DNA of 64,000 nucleotides from an uncultured Spirochaetaceae bacterium. GTDB taxonomy: Bacteria > Spirochaetota > Spirochaetia > Treponematales > Treponemataceae. Both the position numbers and the translations under genes were made by a program. This document shows, piece by piece, positions 27,743 to 37,937 of the stretch (position 1 is its first letter; each line of letters starts with the position of its first letter). The DNA lies in NCBI GenBank assembly GCA_902799965.1, contig CADCCO010000002.1:1285-65284 (forward strand). The letters run 5' to 3'. The notes beneath the pieces are model-generated. The model saw nothing but the letters and a program-made list of their open reading frames with translations, was not told the origin of the DNA and searched no databases.

Positions 27743-29437
27743 GTGTTACAATATAGAATAATAGAAATTAAATTTGTGGAGAAGTCCATTTTGCAGCCTA
27801 TTGACAAATTCGCCTACGTTCCCTTGTTGGCGGCGGCCGTCCTTATCGCGGCCACAATGCTTTTTCTTTTTGTCGCGTCTGTAAGGAAAACGGCCAAGCC
27901 CAGCTTTGTCTTTTTCCTTTCGCTGCTCTGCGTTTTCGCGGGCGCGGTGTTCACCGCCATGCGGCCCGGCGTGATTTTCTTTTCCCTCATGATTGCGGCG
28001 GCGGCTCTCTTTTTGCTGCCCTACGCGGCGGTAAAGGCCTTTTCCAGCGCCGACGAAAGCGAGGAAGACGAAGACGGCAAGCCGGGAACAATCAACGGCG
28101 GCAAGCGCTACAACGTTGTTTACGAAGAAATAGACCGCTCGCTTTTGGACATACAAAAAGACCTTTTGGGCCGCGCGGCGGAATCGATCTCCGCGCCCGG
28201 GGCCATCGACACGATTTTGGAATTGTACGCCAAGCAGCTCATAGAGCTTACCCATGCGGACGGCTCGATGATTCTTTTGTTGGACGACTTTGACGACATG
28301 ATTTCAGTCAAGCACTTGGAGGGCTCTTTTGTTCCGCCCTACTTGCTGCCTGAAAACATTCCCCACAAGCAGAACCGCGTCGACATGAGCATGAAGTACG
28401 CGCAGTTCCCGCTTAAGGACAACATCTTTGGCGACGTTGTTTCCGGCGCCAAGGCCGAGCTTATAACCGAGCCGCTTAAGGACAGCCGCATCGTCCAAAA
28501 CGAAAAGGAAGACTTCCTGCGCTGCGGCTCCTACATTTTTGTTCCGCTAATCGCGCAGTCGCAGACAATCGGCGTGGCCGCCCTTAGCCGCGACTTTGGA
28601 AACGAGCTTTTCAGCGACAAGGACTTTGACGTGGCCAAAAAGCTGGCCGACATCATGGCGCTGGGCATCCGCCTTATCACAATCCACAACGACATGGTTG
28701 AGCGATCAAACGACGAAAAGGAAGGCGAGATTTCGACAAGAATCCAAAAGTCGCTCTTGCCGGCCAAGATTCCCCTTTTGCCCGGAATCACGGGCGGAGC
28801 CTTTTTCTCCAATGCGGAATCAATTTGCGGCGACTTCTACGACTTGCTGGTTGCGCGCAAGGACCGCATAGCCTTCGTTCTTGGCGACGTTACCGGAAAA
28901 AACTTGACTTCGCTTGTCATAATGATTCAAATCCGCGCGATGCTGCGCTTGGTCATAAACACTCAGCAAAGCCCGGCCACAATCCTAAGCTGGACAAACC
29001 GCGGCCTTTTTGGCGAGGCGGACAAAGACCACTTCGCAAGCGTTTCGCTCATATTCTACGACAGCCTGACAAAGAAATTCAACTATTCTTCGGGCGGAAC
29101 CAATCCGATATATATATATAGGCAAAAAGACCAGTCTTTCACAAAAATTTCCGACGACACAATGCCGGTTGGAATGGAAAAAGAGACCGTTTACGCGGAC
29201 AAGGAATTGACTTGCGAAAGCGGCGACATAATCGTAACTTGTTCAGACGGCTTGATTGAGGCGCTTAACCTTGACGGAAAGCAGTATTCAGTCAACCGCC
29301 TTGAAAAGATTATAAAAGAAAATCATGCTTTGGCGGGCAAGGAAATTGCCAAGCGCGTCCAAGATGATGTAAAAAATTTCTGCGGAAGCGCCGTCCAGCA
29401 TGACGACCAAACGCTTCTATGCATTAAAGTCCAATAG
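27743..29437 (+). CDS. Membrane GAF plus PP2C/SpoIIE (RsbU-like) phosphatase; start uncertain
   Basis: Three N-terminal TMs, GAF, GDFYD, GDVTGK, SDGLIEA, DDQT. Confidence 0.88.
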   Translation: MLQYRIIEIKFVEKSILQPIDKFAYVPLLAAAVLIAATMLFLFVASVRKTAKPSFVFFLSLLCVFAGAVFTAMRPGVIFFSLMIAAAALFLLPYAAVKAFSSADESEEDEDGKPGTINGGKRYNVVYEEIDRSLLDIQKDLLGRAAESISAPGAIDTILELYAKQLIELTHADGSMILLLDDFDDMISVKHLEGSFVPPYLLPENIPHKQNRVDMSMKYAQFPLKDNIFGDVVSGAKAELITEPLKDSRIVQNEKEDFLRCGSYIFVPLIAQSQTIGVAALSRDFGNELFSDKDFDVAKKLADIMALGIRLITIHNDMVERSNDEKEGEISTRIQKSLLPAKIPLLPGITGGAFFSNAESICGDFYDLLVARKDRIAFVLGDVTGKNLTSLVIMIQIRAMLRLVINTQQSPATILSWTNRGLFGEADKDHFASVSLIFYDSLTKKFNYSSGGTNPIYIYRQKDQSFTKISDDTMPVGMEKETVYADKELTCESGDIIVTCSDGLIEALNLDGKQYSVNRLEKIIKENHALAGKEIAKRVQDDVKNFCGSAVQHDDQTLLCIKVQ

Positions 29438-29454
29438 GAGGAAGGAGCTCTGTT

Positions 29455-29793
29455 ATGGAACTAAAAATACGCAAAAATGGAGACGTTTATATCATTGACG
29501 TCAACGGGGAAATGGACTTGTACAACTCTTACAAGCTCAAAGAGTTGGTGATGAAGATGCTCGAAAAGAGCGTCAAATTCTTTGTCATCAATCTTGAGCA
29601 GGTTGACTACATCGACTCGTCTGGAATCGGCGCGCTCATCTACATCTGCTCTACCATTAAAAAGATGAATTTGAAGCTCGCCATCGCCAGCGTTCACGGC
29701 TCGGTCAAAAAGGTAATCGAGCTTACAAAGTTGATGGGCTACTTCCCGATGGCCAACAGCGTTGAAGAAGCGCTCTTGATGGTCAAAGACTAA
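29455..29793 (+). CDS. STAS anti-sigma factor antagonist
   Basis: GEMDLY, VDYIDSSGIGAL. Confidence 0.92.
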   Translation: MELKIRKNGDVYIIDVNGEMDLYNSYKLKELVMKMLEKSVKFFVINLEQVDYIDSSGIGALIYICSTIKKMNLKLAIASVHGSVKKVIELTKLMGYFPMANSVEEALLMVKD

Positions 29794-29828
29794 AGACTAA
29801 AAGCAAATTTTCTCTATAGGAGTTTTAT

Positions 29829-30380
29829 ATGGCAGAAGAAACATTGAAATTGTTGCGCTCCGACGACAACGACCCCTTGTTTGACAAGACAAACATGCTT
29901 AAAAAAGAGTTCCCCTCGGACTTTAGGCAAATCAGATACTTTACCCTCTTGATTGTTCAGGCCGCGCCCGCCGAAATCAAGGACGTGAACCTTTTGGAAC
30001 AGCAGATTTCGGAAGTAATCAAGAACGCCGTCAAGCACGGAAACAACTGCGACGTGAACAAAAAGGTAACGGTTTGGTATTCGTTCAGCCCGACGCACGC
30101 CCACCTTATCGTCCAGGACGAAGGCGAAGGCTTCAAGGACTTGGAAAAGTGGAACGAGTTCAACAAAAAGAGAATCGAAGCCTTGCACGAGCAGAACTTT
30201 GAGATGCTTTCAAACTTCGTTTCTTTCCGCACAAAGCAGTCTGACGACCAAGACGGCGGAAATGCCTTGTTCGCGGCCCTTGAATATTGGGACGGCGGCT
30301 TTGTCTACAATGGAAAAAAGAACGCCGTGGCCATGCTCAAGCGCTACCAGCAAAAGCACCACGGAATCAGCGCCAACTAA
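29829..30380 (+). CDS. RsbW-like HATPase anti-sigma kinase
   Basis: SEVIKNAVKHGN, VQDEGEGF, GGNAL. Confidence 0.82.
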   Translation: MAEETLKLLRSDDNDPLFDKTNMLKKEFPSDFRQIRYFTLLIVQAAPAEIKDVNLLEQQISEVIKNAVKHGNNCDVNKKVTVWYSFSPTHAHLIVQDEGEGFKDLEKWNEFNKKRIEALHEQNFEMLSNFVSFRTKQSDDQDGGNALFAALEYWDGGFVYNGKKNAVAMLKRYQQKHHGISAN

Positions 30381-30398
30381 ATTTTTTGGAGGCATAAA

Positions 30399-30797
30399 AT
30401 GGCTAAGAAGGGATTCAATCTTTCGCTTTACTTTATTGGAATGGCGGTTACAGTTGTCGGCTTTTGCTTGCCCATGTTCAAGATTTTTGGAAGCAACAGC
30501 AAGAACGGCTTTGGCTTCATCAACTTTGACAACTCAAGCTTTGTGACAATCGGCGCCCTGCTTATCATCGCGGGAGCCATCGCTGGCGTTGTGGTTTCTT
30601 TGTTGGGAATGCAGCAGTTTGAATGGATCGCTTGGGCGGTAAGCGTCGTGGGCGGAATCGTTTTGGTCGTTGGCTTTAACGACAACGGCCTTTACAAAGC
30701 CATCGGCAAGAACTTGATCAAGAACTCTACAATCGGCATGTGGATGATCGCTGCCGGCTGGGTAGTCTCCTTGGCAGGAAAGGTATTGAACAAGTGA
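30399..30797 (+). CDS. Small four-TM membrane protein
   Basis: GGAGG RBS; four hydrophobic segments. Confidence 0.75.
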   Translation: MAKKGFNLSLYFIGMAVTVVGFCLPMFKIFGSNSKNGFGFINFDNSSFVTIGALLIIAGAIAGVVVSLLGMQQFEWIAWAVSVVGGIVLVVGFNDNGLYKAIGKNLIKNSTIGMWMIAAGWVVSLAGKVLNK

Positions 30798-30799
30798 GT

Positions 30800-30867
30800 T
30801 GTCATGTTCGGGCTTGACCCGGACATCTTTTTTCAAAAAGATTGCCCGGTCGCGCCGGGCAATGACA
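30800..30867. repeat. GTCAT...ATGAC-type palindromic REP-like element
   Basis: TGTCATGTTCGGGCTTGACCCGGACATC...GATTGCCCGGTCGCGCCGGGCAATGACA, two sub-hairpins inside a closing IR. Confidence 0.7.
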
Positions 30868-30870
30868 TAC

Positions 30871-30900
30871 AAAAAAAATCCCGCTTCGGCGGGATTTTTT
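30871..30900. terminator. Bidirectional terminator (ssrA and membrane gene)
   Basis: AAAAAAAATCCCGC-TTCG-GCGGGATTTTT. Confidence 0.88.
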
Positions 30901-30903
30901 ATT

Positions 30904-31281
30904 TGGAGATGGCGGGAATTGAACCCGCGTCCGAGCGCGCAAATCAGGCGCGTCTACAGGCTTAGCCAAGCGAGGTGTTTGTCGGGAAAAGGTAGCGGCA
31001 TGGCAGGCGTCTTTTCCGTATTCCGTCTAAAAGTCCCAACCGCCCGGCGAAAAAAGCGGCCAGCAAGTCCCTGTTAGCAACAGAAATTCCTTCCGCTAGG
31101 AACAGCGCAAAAAGATTTCCGGCTCTTTTAAGCCGCGACTTACGCCGCGAGAGCTAACTGTTCGTTTTCAGACTCTTCGTCTTCTCTACGTTTGGCAGTT
31201 ATAGGTTTTGTCAGTTTAGGGAACCTTCACTCCCGCCTGCAACTCAAGCTTTAACGCGTCCGTCGAAACCGGAGCACCCCC
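30904..31281 (-). ncRNA. ssrA: tmRNA; tag (A)AKRREDEESENEQLALAA
   Basis: 5' GGGGGTGCTCCGGTTTCGAC; 3' GGACGCGGGTTCAATTCCCGCCATCTCCA; ATAACT-GCC resume context, tag ORF 31140-31196 ending ALAA*; TTGACA promoter. Confidence 0.95.
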
Positions 31282-31402
31282 AAGATTGCGAATTGAATAT
31301 AAAAAAAAACGCCGCTTTTGTCAAGCACCGCTCGTATTTATGAATGCAAAACAGAAATCGTTTGTTCGAGCGGTGCCGCCGCGTCTTTCAGACGCTGCTG
31401 GG

Positions 31403-32569
31403 CTAGCGGTTATACTTTACAAAAGCGTCCTTAAAGCCGTAGGCTTTGAAGCGCTCAAGGACAACGCCGTATTCGTCAACCGACAAGGGGCCGACCAAAA
31501 CCGGAGCGCGGCTTCCATTTTGGACAATCGCCATTGGGTAGCGCTCGGAATATTGGGCGGCGATTTGGCTTGCGTTTTCGCTCTTGTCGCAAGAGGCGAT
31601 TTGCACGTAATATTTTTGCGCGTCCAATTCGCCGTAGCTGTCAAAGTATGAAACGCCCGCGCTCCTTTGGACGGGAAGCTCTTCATTGGCGGGCTCTGGC
31701 TCGGAGGCCGCTTCCTCGGCGGGCGTGTCGGCGCTTTCGGGAGTCTTTGCGTCCGAGGGCACCAAAACAATCGCGTCATATTCGTCAAGCGGCTCTTCGT
31801 TAATCGGTTCTTCGTTGACAGGCTCTTCTTGCGCGGGCTCTTCGACCACGGCGACTTCGGGCTCTTGAGCCGCGGGCTCGTCGGTCACGTTGGCCTCGAC
31901 AAACTCAGCAGGCTCTTCATCCTGCGCTTCCGAAAGCTCGTCAACAACCGGCTCCTCGTACGCGGGGTAGCCGGCCTCCCCTTCTTCGGCTTCGGCGACT
32001 TCCGCGCCTTCGGCTTCTTCTTTAGCGACTTCAGCCTCGGCCTCTTCCTTAGCCTCTTTTTCTTCCGCTATTTTTTCTTCCGCCTCTGCGACGGCTTCTG
32101 CGACAGCTTCTTCAACGGGAACTCCGTCTTCTTCCGCTTCCTTAACAATCTCTTCGACAGTCTTTTCGGCTTCATTTGCGCCTTCGTCGTCGGCGGCGGG
32201 CGCGTTGGCAAGAACGGCGCTTCCGTTGCAAATCTCGTCGGTGGTTCCGCTGCGCTTGGTCAGCTTGACCAAATTGTTCGTGTTCTTCTTTATTCCCAGC
32301 GCTTCGGCGGCTTCAGGCGAAAGAAGAACGGCAACGCCTTCAGACGGGTCAAGGGAGCCGATGACCAAAATGTCAACGCGCTCGCCGTTGGCGGGGTTGG
32401 TGACTCCGATTGAGTCGCCGGGCAGATAGCCGACGGTCTTGGCAAAAAGTCCGCGCGGAAACACGCCCGCGTCGGCCACAATGGCGCGGCCGTCAAGGGA
32501 AGGGCTTTCGGACGTGAACAAAAGTCCCGCCGCAAAGACGAATCCCAGCGTCATAAGCAATTTTTTCAT
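31403..32569 (-). CDS. SPOR-domain protein with an RlpA-like N-terminal barrel and an acidic linker
   Basis: PGDSIGVTNPANG...LLSPEAAEALG, Glu/Ala/Pro-rich linker, YYVQIAS...VLVGP...GFKDAFV. Confidence 0.8.
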   Translation of the reverse strand: MKKLLMTLGFVFAAGLLFTSESPSLDGRAIVADAGVFPRGLFAKTVGYLPGDSIGVTNPANGERVDILVIGSLDPSEGVAVLLSPEAAEALGIKKNTNNLVKLTKRSGTTDEICNGSAVLANAPAADDEGANEAEKTVEEIVKEAEEDGVPVEEAVAEAVAEAEEKIAEEKEAKEEAEAEVAKEEAEGAEVAEAEEGEAGYPAYEEPVVDELSEAQDEEPAEFVEANVTDEPAAQEPEVAVVEEPAQEEPVNEEPINEEPLDEYDAIVLVPSDAKTPESADTPAEEAASEPEPANEELPVQRSAGVSYFDSYGELDAQKYYVQIASCDKSENASQIAAQYSERYPMAIVQNGSRAPVLVGPLSVDEYGVVLERFKAYGFKDAFVKYNR

Positions 32570-33087
32570 ATAGAGCCTCCCTTTTTGGCGAACTGCGCCT
32601 GCATTTCCATAGCTATGTCTTTGGCGAACGATTCCACGCCAATTCTATTGTTGTTCAAGTCGTTGGCCTCAGGCGGAGTGAATTTTCCGCTGGCCAAAAC
32701 CTTGTTCTGCGAAAGCGAAATTATTTCCATCTTCGCGTCCCTTATGTTGCTCAGCAAAACCGCCGTCGGATTGGCGGAGTCAAGAACCGAATAGTCAAGC
32801 TCAAGCTTGACGAACAAGTCCATGCTGCCGACTTTCGCTTCTATCATAGAGCGGCGGATTTGCGTCTTTTCTTCGGCGATGTCGTTCTTTGAAACAAAGA
32901 CCGCGCCGTTCGAGACAATCATTCCCCGCTCAAAAAAATAGTCCAAAATCGCTTGTTCGACAACATAAGAAGAGTCAAAGACTTCGTCGCCGGGCGTGTT
33001 CTTTTGAACCACTTGCAAAGAAAAGCTTTTTGCAAAGGCCGAAAGCGCCAAAAGAGAAAAAACAAATGTCAAAGCAATTTTCTTCAT
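32566..33087 (-). CDS. Secreted hypothetical protein
   Basis: Signal peptide AFA; coupled to the SPOR gene. Confidence 0.75.
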   Translation of the reverse strand: MKKIALTFVFSLLALSAFAKSFSLQVVQKNTPGDEVFDSSYVVEQAILDYFFERGMIVSNGAVFVSKNDIAEEKTQIRRSMIEAKVGSMDLFVKLELDYSVLDSANPTAVLLSNIRDAKMEIISLSQNKVLASGKFTPPEANDLNNNRIGVESFAKDIAMEMQAQFAKKGGSI

Positions 33088-33160
33088 CTTTACTTATATC
33101 GGAATTTTAAACTTGAACATTAGCGAAAAGAGCGCTACAATTAAGGCAGGCGGGAAAAAA

Positions 33161-34627
33161 GTGAATCGGAGCGACACCAAGCTTTACATTATAGGCGCGG
33201 GCTTTGCCGGACAAATGATTGCCGGCGACATCAAGCGAAAAAAAATTTTTGGCAGAGTCACGGCATTTTTGGACGACGACAAAAATTTAATCGGAAGCGA
33301 CATCGATGGCGTTCCGGTCTTGGGCCCGATAGAAAGCATCGCGCTAGCCCTGAACCCTTCGCCGACCGACGAAGCGATTTTGGCCATCCCTACGGCCGGC
33401 GTGGAACGGATTCGCGCCATCTACGAACGCCTAAAGAAAAGCGGCTTTGAAAAAATAAAAATTCTTCCTACCATAAGCCAGGTTGTCAACGGCACCGCCC
33501 ACTTGGTTCAGGCGCGCGAGATTGACCCCTTGGACATTTTGGGCAGGAACCCGGTGACGATTTCGCTAAAAGAAAGCCTTTCCTACCTGCGCGGCAAGCG
33601 CGTTTTGATTACGGGCGCGGGCGGCTCGATTGGCTCGGAATTGAGCCGGCAGCTTTTGAGCGGCGGAGCCGAGCGCCTTTACCTTTTTGGGCACGGGGAA
33701 AATTCAATCTATCAAATAGACAGGGAACTGCGCCTTTTGCAGCAGGAAGGCGTTGGCGAAAAAGCGACCATCGTTCCGATTATAGGCGACATGAAAGACC
33801 GCGAGTACACGCGCCTTATCGTAAAGCGAGCCAAATGCGACGCGATTTTTCACTGCGCGGCCTACAAGCACGTGCCTCTTATGGAAGAAAACCCCGTGGC
33901 CGCCGTTGAGAACAACGTTTTTGGAACGAAAAACCTTTTGGACGCCTCGCTTGAGTCGGGCGTAAAAAAATTCGTTTTGATTTCAACCGACAAGGCCGTG
34001 CGGCCTTCAAGCGTTTACGGCGCGTCAAAATTCCTGTGCGAAAAGCTTTTGTTGCAGGCGGCGCAAAAAGCAAAGGAGCCGCAGGCCTTTATGTTCGCGC
34101 GCTTTGGAAACGTTCTTGGCTCGCGAGGCTCGATTCTGCCCTTGTTTATGGAACAAATTAAAAACGGCGGCCCGATAACCGTGACCGATCCCAAAATGGA
34201 GCGCTACTTTATGACGATTCCCGAAGCCTGCTCGCTTGTCTTGCAAACGGGCGGCGTTGGCGTGAACGGAGAGTCGTATTTGCTGGACATGGGCGAGCCG
34301 ATAAAAATCAAGGACTTGGCCGAGCAAATCATAAAGTTCAGCGGCCTGGAGCCGGGAAAGGACATTGAAATAAAATACACGGGCGCGCGTCCCGGCGAGC
34401 GGCTGACCGAACCGCTCTGGTTAAAAGAAGAAAATCCCACGCCGACGGCGTTTCCAAAAATCTTGCGCCTCCATCAGGCCGAAAAGAACGCCTTTGAACT
34501 TGACGCGCTTATCGAACGGCTGAAGGAAATTTGCTTTTGCAAGGAAGGATGCGAGCCGAGCGAAAAATACAGGAATCCCGACGAGCTTAGAAAAATTTTG
34601 CGCGAGGCGATTCCGTCGCTAAGCTAG
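33161..34627 (+). CDS. UDP-GlcNAc 4,6-dehydratase (CapD/PglF family, no TM domain)
   Basis: ITGAGGSIGSE, FHCAAYKHVP, ISTDKAV, YGASK, RFGNVLGSRGS, RYFMTIPEA. Confidence 0.92.
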   Translation: MNRSDTKLYIIGAGFAGQMIAGDIKRKKIFGRVTAFLDDDKNLIGSDIDGVPVLGPIESIALALNPSPTDEAILAIPTAGVERIRAIYERLKKSGFEKIKILPTISQVVNGTAHLVQAREIDPLDILGRNPVTISLKESLSYLRGKRVLITGAGGSIGSELSRQLLSGGAERLYLFGHGENSIYQIDRELRLLQQEGVGEKATIVPIIGDMKDREYTRLIVKRAKCDAIFHCAAYKHVPLMEENPVAAVENNVFGTKNLLDASLESGVKKFVLISTDKAVRPSSVYGASKFLCEKLLLQAAQKAKEPQAFMFARFGNVLGSRGSILPLFMEQIKNGGPITVTDPKMERYFMTIPEACSLVLQTGGVGVNGESYLLDMGEPIKIKDLAEQIIKFSGLEPGKDIEIKYTGARPGERLTEPLWLKEENPTPTAFPKILRLHQAEKNAFELDALIERLKEICFCKEGCEPSEKYRNPDELRKILREAIPSLS

Positions 34628-34645
34628 GTCAAAACAGGAGAGCGC

Positions 34646-35881
34646 ATGGCTGATTCAGATTCATTGAAAGTCCCTTTTTCGCGGCCTTCGATATCCGAAG
34701 AGGAAGGCTACGCCGTCTACAATGTATTGAGAAGCGGCTGGCTTACCACGGGAAAAGAGGCGCTGGCCTTTGAAAACGAATTTTCCTATTTTATGAACAA
34801 GGTTGACGACTCCGTTGTAGAGGCAAGAAAGGCGGCGGGGCTTAGCGCGGACGGCGTGACTAGCCTTGCGGTGAATAGCAACACAAGCGGAATGATTCTT
34901 GCGATGGAAGCCTGCGGCGTGAAAAAGGGAACGGCTGTGATAACCACGCCCTACACTTTTGTGTCGACCGCCGCCTGCGCCAAGCATTTGGGCGCGGACG
35001 TGATTTTTGCCGACATCGAAAAGGACTCCTACTCGATTGACGTTGGCAAGGTTGAAGAAATTTTGGAGCGCGACAAGGACAAAAAGATTGTCGCCGTCGT
35101 TCCAGTCCACATTGCCGGAAACCTTTGCGACATGGAGCGTCTTGTCAAAGCCGCGCGAAAGCATAACGTAAAGGTAATAGAAGACGCGGCCCACGCATTT
35201 CCTTCGCTTTCAAAGCTGGGCTACGCGGGAACGATTGGCGACGCGGGCGTTTTTTCGTTTTACGTCACAAAAACGATGACGACGGCGGAAGGCGGCATGG
35301 TCTGCGTCCGCGACAAGGCTTTGGCCAAGCGCATGGCTGTCATGAGAATGCACGGCATGGACAGAACCACTTGGGACCGCTACACAAGCCCGCGCGCCAG
35401 CTGGGAATACGACATCGTGGACTTGGGCTGGAAATTCAACTTGCCAGACTTGCTGGCGACAATGGGCCGCGTCCAACTAAAGCGGGCGGGCGAAATGTTT
35501 GAAAAGCGGAAAAAAATCGTTCAATATTACAACGAAGAATTTTCAAAATTGGATTTTGTCCAGCTGCCGCCCGACGGCGACGGGAACGCCTGGCACTTGT
35601 ATCTTATGCGGCTTAATCCCGGCGCGCTGAAAATCGGCCGCGACGATTTTGCAAAAGCGCTTCAAAAAAAAGGAATCGGTATTTCGGTCCACTTCATTCC
35701 CTTGTTCAAATTCACGTATTGGAAAAATTTGGACAAAAATTTCACCGCAGAAAATTTTCCCAACGCCGCGCGGCAATACGAGCGGACCATAAGCCTGCCC
35801 CTTTGGCCTGACATGACAGAGGAGATGGCGCGGCTTACAGTCGCCGCCGTAAAAAAAATCGGAGAGGAAAATCATGCCTGA
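34646..35881 (+). CDS. DegT/DnrJ/EryC1/StrS PLP sugar aminotransferase
   Basis: SGWLTTG, IEDAAHA, FSFYVTKTMTTAEGG, TISLPL. Confidence 0.93.
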   Translation: MADSDSLKVPFSRPSISEEEGYAVYNVLRSGWLTTGKEALAFENEFSYFMNKVDDSVVEARKAAGLSADGVTSLAVNSNTSGMILAMEACGVKKGTAVITTPYTFVSTAACAKHLGADVIFADIEKDSYSIDVGKVEEILERDKDKKIVAVVPVHIAGNLCDMERLVKAARKHNVKVIEDAAHAFPSLSKLGYAGTIGDAGVFSFYVTKTMTTAEGGMVCVRDKALAKRMAVMRMHGMDRTTWDRYTSPRASWEYDIVDLGWKFNLPDLLATMGRVQLKRAGEMFEKRKKIVQYYNEEFSKLDFVQLPPDGDGNAWHLYLMRLNPGALKIGRDDFAKALQKKGIGISVHFIPLFKFTYWKNLDKNFTAENFPNAARQYERTISLPLWPDMTEEMARLTVAAVKKIGEENHA

Positions 35882-37937
35882 AAAGTCCCAGACGGAAATT
35901 TCAAAAAGCTGGTACAGCGATTTGGAAAAAGAAGGAATGATTTTCGCAAAGACAATCCGTTCGCCCAAAAAAGCCGGCCTTTTAAAAAGCGTTTCTGTAA
36001 AAGACTTGCCGGAAGATTATTTTTTAATTGACGCAAAGAATTTTCCCGGAAAGAACGCGATAGAAACGCTGGGCGTTTCCACAGAGATTTTATGCTCCGA
36101 AAAAATATTGTTTGAAGGACAGCCGCTCGCGCTTTTGGCCGGCCCCGACAAAAAGCTTTTGGAAGAACTGGCCGCCAAAGCGAAAATCGAAATCGAGCCG
36201 CTGGGCGAACCGCAGGAAAAAACAATCCTTTTTCAGCGGCGAATGGTTTTGGGCGGCGGCCGTCAAAAGAACGTCCAAAAATTTTTCAACAAAGCGGCGT
36301 TCAAGGTTCAAAACAAATGGTCGTACAACCTTGCTTCCACAGAATCAAACGAAACCAACGGAGCGCTTTGCTATTATTTTAGGGACGCTGTAATCGCAAG
36401 CGCGCCGACGCAATGGCCCAGCCACTTGATAAAAAACCTTTCCGAAGTTTTTTCTTTGGAAGAAGAAAGAATTTTGGTCAGCAAGACGAATTCCTGCGAG
36501 CCAAGCGCCAACAGCATTTGGGGCAACACCCTTTTGGCTTGCCAAGCGGCGGCGGCCTCAAAAATTTCAGGCAAGCCGGTAATGCTTTCGTTAAGCCGCC
36601 AAGAAAACGACAAATATTTTTCAAACACCGGCGAGGTTGAAATAACGCACAAAACGGCCTTTGACAAGAACGGCTTGATTCAAGCGGCGACGATAGACAT
36701 TGACTTTGACGCGGGCGCATTCAATCCTTTTGCCGAGGAAATAATCGACCGCCTGACAATCGCTTGCGCGAGCGTTTACAACTTTACAAACCTTGAAGTG
36801 AACGCGGCCGCCCGCGCGTCGCAAAAGCCGCCCGCCTCCACAAACATAGAAACGATTGACGCGCCGGCCTTTTACGCAATGGAGCGGCAATTGAACGCGG
36901 CCGCGCAAGCCACCGGCATAGACCCCGGCGAGTTGCGGCAAATCAACTCAAACATTTTGAACAAGACCGCGTCAAAAATGCCCTTTAGCCTTGAAATCGA
37001 AAAGGCGGGCGAAAGCCTTAACGCGGTTTTGGCGCAAAGCGACTTTAAGCGGAAATTCATCGCGAACAGCCTGAACAAAAATTTTAAGTCGGACATCATC
37101 AAGGCGCGCGGCATTGGCATTGGAACCGCCTATGACGCAAGCGGATATTACGGCACAAGCATTTTTGAATGCAACCAAAAGATGGAAGCCACGCTAAAAA
37201 AGGACGGCGCGCTGGAAATCCACGCGCTTACGCCGTCAAAAACGATTTTGGAAATATGGAAGAACGAGGCGGCTGAAATCCTTCAGATAGAGCCAAAAAT
37301 GGTTTTTGTAAACTCCGAATTCAACCTAAAGCAAGAGCCGCTGATTCCCGAAAACTTTTATTCCAACCTTTCAATAATGACAAGCCTTTTAAAGAAATGC
37401 TGCCAAGGAATTCAAGCAAAGCGCTTCCGCTCGCCTCTTCCGATAACAGTAAGCAAGGCCATCACAAAATCGCAAATCAAGCAGTGGAACAAGGCCCGCT
37501 TTAAGGGCACGCCGTTCAACTCGACGTCTTTTGTGGCGCTGGCTTTGGAGCTGGCCCTTGACGCTTGCAGCTGGCGGCCGGAAATAAAAAACATTTGGGT
37601 GGCCGTAAGCGCGGGAAAAATTCTTGCGGGAAAAGAGGCCGAAACAAAAATTAAGTTTTCAATACAAAAAACGCTGGCCGAGCTTATACAAGGCGAGCGC
37701 CTTGCGGCAAAAAACATTTCAATAGCCTTTGTGCAGTCCGAAGCCGAAAGCGCGCAAATCGGCGGCTTGATAAAAAAGGCGCTGCCGGCGGCGTTCGCGT
37801 CGGCCTTGTCGCAGGCGGTCAATTGCGAAATCCGTTCGCTTCCGTTAAAAGAAGGCGAAATCCTAAAAGCCGCTCTTTCGGCCGCCGCCGCAACAGCGAC
37901 TGTCGAAAGCCAACAGGCTAAGGAAGGCGAAAAATGA
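35874..37937 (+). CDS. Xanthine dehydrogenase-like large subunit with degenerate Moco motifs
   Basis: Hammerhead (FEGQPLALLAG), PTQWP, GKPVML..SRQE, DAGAF, DPGELRQIN and RGIGIG are kept; GGGFG, FRGFG and KGxGE are absent. Confidence 0.7.
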   Translation: MPEKSQTEISKSWYSDLEKEGMIFAKTIRSPKKAGLLKSVSVKDLPEDYFLIDAKNFPGKNAIETLGVSTEILCSEKILFEGQPLALLAGPDKKLLEELAAKAKIEIEPLGEPQEKTILFQRRMVLGGGRQKNVQKFFNKAAFKVQNKWSYNLASTESNETNGALCYYFRDAVIASAPTQWPSHLIKNLSEVFSLEEERILVSKTNSCEPSANSIWGNTLLACQAAAASKISGKPVMLSLSRQENDKYFSNTGEVEITHKTAFDKNGLIQAATIDIDFDAGAFNPFAEEIIDRLTIACASVYNFTNLEVNAAARASQKPPASTNIETIDAPAFYAMERQLNAAAQATGIDPGELRQINSNILNKTASKMPFSLEIEKAGESLNAVLAQSDFKRKFIANSLNKNFKSDIIKARGIGIGTAYDASGYYGTSIFECNQKMEATLKKDGALEIHALTPSKTILEIWKNEAAEILQIEPKMVFVNSEFNLKQEPLIPENFYSNLSIMTSLLKKCCQGIQAKRFRSPLPITVSKAITKSQIKQWNKARFKGTPFNSTSFVALALELALDACSWRPEIKNIWVAVSAGKILAGKEAETKIKFSIQKTLAELIQGERLAAKNISIAFVQSEAESAQIGGLIKKALPAAFASALSQAVNCEIRSLPLKEGEILKAALSAAAATATVESQQAKEGEK

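Noticed and set aside
30798-31400. Prophage or integrative element at tmRNA (also checked at tRNA-Leu)
   Set aside because: No integrase and no duplicated 3' end seen elsewhere in the window.
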